From NCBI RefSeq assembly GCF_032098525.1, contig NZ_CP134890.1, positions 2,635,363 to 2,667,362 on the forward strand: 32,000 bases of DNA, in the 5' to 3' direction. The stretch comes from Flavobacterium capsici. GTDB taxonomy: Bacteria > Bacteroidota > Bacteroidia > Flavobacteriales > Flavobacteriaceae. The first letter of the stretch is position 1, and each line of letters begins with the position of its first letter. The position numbers and the translations under genes are program-made. Of this stretch, positions 26,168 to 32,000 are shown one piece after another. The notes under the pieces were generated by a model that saw only the letters and a list, made by a program, of their open reading frames with translations, was not told the DNA's origin and did no database searches.

Positions 26168-28827
26168 TGGCGCAAGCAAAATACTTAAAATTATCAGGTC
26201 TTGAACCTTTAATAATAACTCCTGAAACCAATTTTGTAAATGTTGGTGAAAGAACCAATGTAACAGGTTCGCGAAAATTTCTTCGTTTAATCAAAGAAGA
26301 AAAATTTGAAGAAGCATTGGATATTGCAAGAAATCAAGTTGAAGGTGGCGCGCAAATTATTGATGTAAATATGGACGAAGGAATGCTTGATGGAGTAGAA
26401 GCAATGACTAAATTCTTAAATCTGATAGCTGCTGAACCAGATATTGCTCGTGTTCCGGTGATGATTGATAGCTCTAAATGGGAAATTATTGAAGCGGGTT
26501 TAAAAGTCATCCAAGGAAAAGGAGTTGTAAATTCTATTTCTTTAAAAGAAGGAAAAGAAGCTTTCATTCATCATGCAAAATTAATCAAACGCTATGGTGC
26601 AGCAGTAATTGTTATGGCTTTTGACGAAAATGGTCAAGCGGATACTTATGAAAGACGCATCGAAATTTGCAAAAGAAGTTATGATATTTTGGTAAATGAA
26701 GTTCATTTTCCAGCCGAAGATATCATTTTTGATCCTAATATTTTTCCGGTTGCAACTGGAATGGATGAACATAAATTAAACGCCTTGGATTTTTTCAGAG
26801 CAACCAAATGGATTCGAGAAAATTTACCTTATGCACATGTTTCTGGTGGTGTGAGCAATGTTTCATTCTCTTTTCGTGGCAACGACAAAGTGCGTGAAGC
26901 AATGCATTCTGCATTTTTATATCATGCCATTCAAAATGGTATGACAATGGGAATTGTAAACCCTGAAATGTTGGAGATTTATGATGAAATTGATAAAAAC
27001 TTACTCGAACATGTGGAAGATGTTTTGCTAAATAGAAGAGAAGATGCAACAGAACGATTACTAGATTTAGCAGAAAGTTTTAAAGGTGATTTTAAGTCAA
27101 ATGAAAAAGCTATTGCGGAATGGAGAAATGAAGATGTACAATCTCGTTTAACGCATTCGTTAGTAAAAGGAATTGATGAATTCATCGAAATTGATGTAGA
27201 AGAAGCGAGACAACAGGTTGCTCGACCTATAGAAGTTATCGAAAATCATCTGATGAATGGAATGAATGTAGTCGGTGATTTGTTTGGTTCAGGAAAAATG
27301 TTTTTGCCACAAGTAGTGAAATCGGCTCGTGTGATGAAAAAAGCAGTAGCATATTTGTTACCATTTATTGAAGCTCAAAAAGACGGAAAATCTTCTTCTG
27401 CAGGAAAAGTGTTGATGGCAACCGTAAAAGGTGATGTTCATGATATTGGTAAAAATATTGTATCAGTGGTATTGGCTTGTAATAACTTTGAAATTATTGA
27501 TTTAGGAGTTATGGTTCCGCCAGAAAAAATAATTGCTGCAGCGGTTGAACATAATGTTGATATTATAGGTTTAAGTGGTTTGATTACACCTTCGCTTGAT
27601 GAAATGGTTTATTTGGCAAAAGAATTAGATAAACTGAATATCAAAATCCCAGTAATGATTGGTGGTGCAACAACATCTCGTGCGCATACTGCGGTAAAAA
27701 TTGCCCCTGAATATGCTGCTTCAGTGGTTCATGTCAATGATGCTTCGCGTGCTGTTACCGTTGCGAGTAATTTACTTCAAGTAGAAACAAAAGATAAATA
27801 TTCGAAGAATATAAGAGAAGAATACGATACGCTAAGAGAACAATTTTTGAATAGAAGTCGCGAAAAGAATTATTTATCAATTGAAGAAGCTCGTAAAAAC
27901 AAATTAAAATTGGATTGGGAAAATTATAATCCAGTAAAGCCAAATTTTATTGGGACAAAAACTATTGATGTTGAACTTTCGGAATTGATTGATTTTATAG
28001 ATTGGACACCCTTTTTTCAGTCTTGGGAATTACACGGAAAATATCCTGCTATTCTAACCGATGAAATTGTGGGCGAACAAGCTACTAATCTATTTGCAGA
28101 TGCGGAAAAATTGTTGAATCAGATAGTTGATGAAAAATGGTTCGAAGCAAAAGGGATTCTAGGTATTTTTCCAGCAAATACTGTTAATGATGACGATATA
28201 GAACTCATTAATCAGAACTCAAAATTCTTGACTCTTCGTCAGCAATCACAAAAAACAGTTGGCGCGCCAAATATTGCGTTAGCGGATTTTATTGCTCCCA
28301 AAGATTCAGGAATTCAAGATTACATAGGTTGTTTTTGTGTTTCGACAGGATTTGGAGTTGAGGAAAAGGCAGCTGAATACAGAAAAGAATTGGATGATTA
28401 TAATTCCATTTTAATTCAAGCACTTGGTGATAGATTAGCTGAAGCTTTTGCTGAATATTTGCATCTAAAAGTTAGAAAAGAAATTTGGGGTTATGATTCG
28501 GATGAAAATCTTTCAAACGAAGAATTAATCAAAGAAAATTACAAAGGAATTCGTCCTGCGCCTGGTTATCCTGCATGTCCTGACCATTTGGAGAAACCTA
28601 CCATTTGGAAATTATTAAATGCGGAAGAAGAAATTGGTGTAAAACTAACCGAAAGCATGGCCATGTGGCCTGCATCATCCGTTTCGGGATATTATTTTGC
28701 TAATCCACAAAGTAAATATTTTGGACTAGGGAAAATAAAAATGGACCAAGTAGAAGATTACGCTAAAAGAAGAAATATAAGTATAGAAGAAGCTACAAAA
28801 TGGCTTAACCCAAATATTGCCGACTAA
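26167..28827 (+). CDS. metH: Methionine synthase, pterin-binding + cobalamin-binding + AdoMet-activation modules
   Basis: 886 aa. The pterin-binding region reads [14 protein letters not shown]. The B12 motifs are [19 protein letters not shown] and MIGGATTS. The C-terminal activation domain reads [12 protein letters not shown]. Confidence 0.93.
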   Translation: MAQAKYLKLSGLEPLIITPETNFVNVGERTNVTGSRKFLRLIKEEKFEEALDIARNQVEGGAQIIDVNMDEGMLDGVEAMTKFLNLIAAEPDIARVPVMIDSSKWEIIEAGLKVIQGKGVVNSISLKEGKEAFIHHAKLIKRYGAAVIVMAFDENGQADTYERRIEICKRSYDILVNEVHFPAEDIIFDPNIFPVATGMDEHKLNALDFFRATKWIRENLPYAHVSGGVSNVSFSFRGNDKVREAMHSAFLYHAIQNGMTMGIVNPEMLEIYDEIDKNLLEHVEDVLLNRREDATERLLDLAESFKGDFKSNEKAIAEWRNEDVQSRLTHSLVKGIDEFIEIDVEEARQQVARPIEVIENHLMNGMNVVGDLFGSGKMFLPQVVKSARVMKKAVAYLLPFIEAQKDGKSSSAGKVLMATVKGDVHDIGKNIVSVVLACNNFEIIDLGVMVPPEKIIAAAVEHNVDIIGLSGLITPSLDEMVYLAKELDKLNIKIPVMIGGATTSRAHTAVKIAPEYAASVVHVNDASRAVTVASNLLQVETKDKYSKNIREEYDTLREQFLNRSREKNYLSIEEARKNKLKLDWENYNPVKPNFIGTKTIDVELSELIDFIDWTPFFQSWELHGKYPAILTDEIVGEQATNLFADAEKLLNQIVDEKWFEAKGILGIFPANTVNDDDIELINQNSKFLTLRQQSQKTVGAPNIALADFIAPKDSGIQDYIGCFCVSTGFGVEEKAAEYRKELDDYNSILIQALGDRLAEAFAEYLHLKVRKEIWGYDSDENLSNEELIKENYKGIRPAPGYPACPDHLEKPTIWKLLNAEEEIGVKLTESMAMWPASSVSGYYFANPQSKYFGLGKIKMDQVEDYAKRRNISIEEATKWLNPNIAD

Positions 28828-28828
28828 T

Positions 28829-29785
28829 ATGAAAGTAACTCAACACATAGAAAATGCTAACGGAAAACCATTGTTTTCCTTTGAAATATTGCCGCCGTTA
28901 AAAGGACAAAACATTCAATCTATTTTTGATGGTATTGATCCGTTGATGGAGTTTAAGCCGCCATTTATTGATGTAACTTATCATCGAGAAGAATATGAAT
29001 TTAAAGAATTGCCAAACGGTTTGTTGCAAAAAAAGATTGTAAAAAAACGTCCGGGAACGGTTGGTATTTGTGCTGGAATTCAAAACAAATATGATGTAGA
29101 TGCTATTCCGCATATTTTGTGTGGTGGTTTTACTAAAGAAGACACTGAGAATTTATTAATTGATTTGGATTTTCTTGGAATTGATAATGTTGTTGCGCTT
29201 AGAGGAGATGCATTGAAAAATGAAACGTATTTTAAACCCGAAAAAGAAGGAAACGAATTTGCATCCGATTTGGTGTTGCAAATTTCTAATTTGAATAAAG
29301 GAATTTATTTGGATGAAGATTTAAAAAACTCGGCGGAAACTAATTTTTGTATTGGAATTGCTGGTTATCCTGAAAAACATATGGAAGCTCCGAGCATGGA
29401 TAGCGACATTCATTTTTTGAAACAAAAGATAAAAAATGGTGCCGATTATATTATTACTCAAATGTTTTTTGACAATAAAAAATTCTTTGATTTTGTAGAT
29501 AAATGTAGAAAATCGGGGATTACTATTCCTATTATTCCGGGATTGAAACCTATTGCAACTAAGAAACAATTGAATTTGATTCCGCATCGGTTTAAGGTTG
29601 ATTTGCCAGATGATTTGATTATGGCAGTGGTGAAAGCAAAAGATAATGATGCGGTGAAACAAATTGGGATTGAATGGTGTATTGAACAAAGCAAAGAGTT
29701 GATAGAAGCTGGAATTCCGTGTTTGCATTATTACTCGATGGGTAAAGCGGACAATATTAAAGCAATTGCTAAGGAAATCTTTTAG
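28829..29785 (+). CDS. metF: 5,10-methylenetetrahydrofolate reductase
   Basis: MTHFR family: FSFEILPP...DVTYH... and ITQMFFD. I prefer ATG 28829 (MKVTQHIE), 2 nt after the metH stop, over the track's TTG at 28817. Confidence 0.9.
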   Translation: MKVTQHIENANGKPLFSFEILPPLKGQNIQSIFDGIDPLMEFKPPFIDVTYHREEYEFKELPNGLLQKKIVKKRPGTVGICAGIQNKYDVDAIPHILCGGFTKEDTENLLIDLDFLGIDNVVALRGDALKNETYFKPEKEGNEFASDLVLQISNLNKGIYLDEDLKNSAETNFCIGIAGYPEKHMEAPSMDSDIHFLKQKIKNGADYIITQMFFDNKKFFDFVDKCRKSGITIPIIPGLKPIATKKQLNLIPHRFKVDLPDDLIMAVVKAKDNDAVKQIGIEWCIEQSKELIEAGIPCLHYYSMGKADNIKAIAKEIF

Positions 29786-29797
29786 TAGTTAGATTGC

Positions 29798-29995
29798 GAG
29801 ACTGTATAGATTGAACAGGTTTTGATGTATATGCTTTGCGTTACGATGTTGTTGTTTTAGGATACTTTATAGATGCTTTGAGTTACTTTATAGATTGTTT
29901 TGGAGACGATGTAGATACTTTGAGTGACGATATAGATGGATTGAGAGACGATGTAGATGGATTGTGATACTCTGTAAATATTCTGTGATACTTTA
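29798..29995. repeat. Tandem array of about 9-10 degenerate repeats in strict 21-nt register
   Basis: Units start at 29798, 29819, 29840, 29861, 29882, 29903, 29924, 29945 and 29966, plus a partial unit at 29987, with no indels. The consensus is roughly GAGACGATGTAGATgctTTGa. A degenerate extra unit at 29777 overlaps the metF stop. Confidence 0.85.
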
Positions 29996-30093
29996 TTTTT
30001 TTGAACAAGGCGTTTACTAATTAGCCCTGATGGAAGCAAGCTACCGTGTAGCGCGGACAGCAGGAAAAGGGATTATTATATTGCCCAAGCGGA

Positions 30094-30122
30094 TTGCTCC
30101 TTAAAATATTCTGTTATATTTG
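30094..30122 (+). promoter_or_regulatory. Candidate Bacteroidota-type promoter for the downstream acyloxyacyl-hydrolase-like gene
   Basis: TTG at 30094-30096, an 18-nt spacer, then a perfect TAnnTTTG box TATATTTG (30115-30122). It ends 20 nt upstream of the ATG. Confidence 0.45.
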
Positions 30123-30141
30123 CGATGCTTAAATTTTTGGG

Positions 30142-31233
30142 ATGCGACAATTTTATTTGTTTATTTTTCTTTGTGGAATAGTGGGGTTTTCTCAGAAAAA
30201 CACTTCTTATTCTTTAGATGTTTCGTTTTTGAGAGGTAATACTTTGCCGCATACTGAGGATATGTATCATTTGGTAAATGGTCATCCTGATGGTGTTTTG
30301 GTGAGTTTTTTGCAGAAAACTAATGGTTCAAAAGAGTGGCATAGAGCGTATAATTACCCGGATTTTGGGGGTTATTTTTTGTATCAAGATTTTCAAAGTG
30401 AACCTTTGGGGAAAAATTATGCTGTTGGTGCGATGTATAATTTTTACTTTCTTAATCGTAAATTACAATTTAAGATTTCGCAAGGTGTAGCGGTGACTAC
30501 AAATCCGTATGACAAGGTGAATAATAGCAAGAATAAGGCTTTTGGGAGTAGAATTATGGATAATACCAACTTTGGGTTGAGTTATGATAATCAGCATCTT
30601 TTTGGTGGGAAAATAGGTTTTCATGCTGGGCTTCTTTTTACGCATTATTCGAATGGAAGGGTAAAATCGCCTAACAGCGGAATTAATACTTATTTGTTGA
30701 ATGTTGGTGTGAATTATAATTTTGAGAAAGATTTTGTTCGACAAGTTGATACTACAACGGTAAAAAAATCATACAAAGAGCCTATTCGATATAATTTTGT
30801 ATTTAGAACTGGTGTTAATGAAAGTCCTATTATTGGCAGTGGACAATATCCTTTTTATCATATTGGTTTTTATGCGGATAAGCGAATCAACAGAAAATCG
30901 GCTTTGCAACTGGGAACTGAAATTTTCTTAACCCAGTCGATGAAAGAATATATTCGTTACTTCTCGATTGGCTATCCTGAAATGAATCTTGACCCAAACA
31001 CGGATTATAAGCGAATTGGTGTTTTTGTTGGGCATGAATTATTGATTAATAAAATTTCTCTCGAAGCGCAATTGGGTTATTATGTGTATCAGCCATTCAA
31101 GAAAGATATTGCAGTTTATGATAGAGTAGGGATGAAATATTATTTTAGCGATAAAGTTTTTGGTGGATTTACGATAAAAACGCATATGTTTTTAGCTGAA
31201 GCATTGGAATTTGGAATTGGTTACAGAATTTAA
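30142..31233 (+). CDS. Outer-membrane acyloxyacyl hydrolase-like (PagL-type lipid A deacylase-like) protein
   Basis: 363 aa with a signal peptide (MRQFYLFIFLCGIVGFSQ). It is beta-barrel-like with alternating aromatic strands and contains HYSNGR, resembling the His-Ser region of lipid A deacylases. The family call is from memory and tentative. Confidence 0.5.
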   Translation: MRQFYLFIFLCGIVGFSQKNTSYSLDVSFLRGNTLPHTEDMYHLVNGHPDGVLVSFLQKTNGSKEWHRAYNYPDFGGYFLYQDFQSEPLGKNYAVGAMYNFYFLNRKLQFKISQGVAVTTNPYDKVNNSKNKAFGSRIMDNTNFGLSYDNQHLFGGKIGFHAGLLFTHYSNGRVKSPNSGINTYLLNVGVNYNFEKDFVRQVDTTTVKKSYKEPIRYNFVFRTGVNESPIIGSGQYPFYHIGFYADKRINRKSALQLGTEIFLTQSMKEYIRYFSIGYPEMNLDPNTDYKRIGVFVGHELLINKISLEAQLGYYVYQPFKKDIAVYDRVGMKYYFSDKVFGGFTIKTHMFLAEALEFGIGYRI

Positions 31234-31243
31234 AACAGGAAGC

Positions 31244-31993
31244 ATGAAAAAAATAGTATCAATATTTCTTTTAGTAGTTATTTTCAATTCTTGTGAAAAA
31301 CCAGGCGAATGTATTGAAAGTTCTGGACCGACAGTTTTTAAAGAAATACCTGTTGAGGCGTTTAAAAATTTGAAGATTTATCGTGGAATTGAGGTTCTAA
31401 TTACTGAAGGACCAATTTATAAAGTGGAGATAGAAGCTGGAGAAAATTTTATAGACAACATTGAAGTAAAGCAAAATGGAGATCAATTGGTTTTTAGAGA
31501 TAATACCAGTTGCAATTGGGTTAGAGAATATGGTCAAACAAAAATCCATGTTACAACGCCAACATTGGAAAATGTTTATTCAAAATCTGATAGAAATATA
31601 AGTTCAACTAATGTTTTGACATTTCCGATTTTGAGATTGATAGCTTTAGATAAGGAAGGTGATGGTGAAAAAGGAGCAGGAACTGGTGATTTTCACATTG
31701 AAGTTAATAATTATCAATTGGTGATTCAAAACAATAATGTATCGCGATATTATGTTTCAGGTCAAACAGATGAAGCTTTACTTGATTTTTATTTTGGAGA
31801 TGGACGTATAGAAGCTCAAAATTTAATTGCACAAAACATTAAAGTCTTTCATCGTGGTTCAAACGATATGATTGTAACCCCAATTCAAAGTATAGAAGGA
31901 GTTTTAAACAGCACAGGTGATTTAAGATTGACTACAACACCACCAATTGTAAATGTTCAAGAACTCTATCAAGGAAGAGTTATTTATCCTTAA
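31244..31993 (+). CDS. Lipoprotein with DUF2807 / head GIN-like beta-helical domain
   Basis: I place the start at ATG 31244, giving the lipobox signal MKKIVSIFLLVVIFNSC. Repeated beta-strand segments resemble DUF2807 proteins (VEIEAGENFIDNIEVKQNGDQLVF, YYVSGQTDEALLDF). The track's upstream start at 31211 overlaps the preceding gene. Confidence 0.55.
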   Translation: MKKIVSIFLLVVIFNSCEKPGECIESSGPTVFKEIPVEAFKNLKIYRGIEVLITEGPIYKVEIEAGENFIDNIEVKQNGDQLVFRDNTSCNWVREYGQTKIHVTTPTLENVYSKSDRNISSTNVLTFPILRLIALDKEGDGEKGAGTGDFHIEVNNYQLVIQNNNVSRYYVSGQTDEALLDFYFGDGRIEAQNLIAQNIKVFHRGSNDMIVTPIQSIEGVLNSTGDLRLTTTPPIVNVQELYQGRVIYP

Positions 31994-32000
31994 ATTATTT

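Noticed and set aside
29857-30039. 60-aa minus-strand ORF (…VSQSIYIVSQSIYIVTQSIYI…) as a real gene
   Set aside because: The same reasoning applies: it is an artefact of the second 21-nt array. Its start lies in the GC-rich island, with no promoter-like context that I can see.
1-32000. Mobile element, prophage, defence or toxin-antitoxin island
   Set aside because: I recognised no integrase, transposase, phage, restriction, Cas or toxin-like translations. Composition looks uniform apart from the small island at 30024-30071, and there are no tRNA or direct-repeat boundaries.

Overview
This is a low-GC chromosomal segment (roughly one third G+C by eye). It carries hallmarks of a Flavobacteriia/Bacteroidota genome: a GLPGLI-family gene, CarboxypepD_reg/TonB-type outer-membrane proteins, TAnnTTTG-type -7 boxes and A-rich start contexts without a Shine-Dalgarno sequence. 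The taxon is an inference. I see no mobile elements, CRISPR arrays, rRNA or tRNA genes, or defence islands.

The left two thirds are housekeeping or envelope genes: thyA, a BFN/UVR nuclease, etfBA, pdhB, a DUF5686-like protein, an AlkA-like glycosylase, a GT2 plus GT-C glycosyltransferase pair, hppA, an AhpD-like protein, a deoxynucleoside kinase, and a GLPGLI protein with a large beta-barrel receptor.

The right third (19.0-29.8 kb) is a methionine/SAM supercluster. metK is transcribed divergently from metY, an OsmC-like gene, metX and hom. These are followed by a split metH and metF.

The most interesting signals are regulatory and non-coding:
1. Two tandem short ORFs packed with Met and Cys codons lie upstream of metY. 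Each overlaps a terminator/antiterminator pair. This looks like ribosome-mediated (leader-peptide) attenuation for methionine genes, which is not the standard described mechanism for this pathway.
2. A clear SAM-I riboswitch lies upstream of metH, and a different structured terminator leader lies upstream of metK. One locus therefore appears to use three control logics.
3. Two separate intergenic arrays of degenerate repeats keep a strict 21-nt register (15 and about 10 units).
4. hppA carries an extra C-terminal tail of about 115 aa that is rich in Cys and Met.
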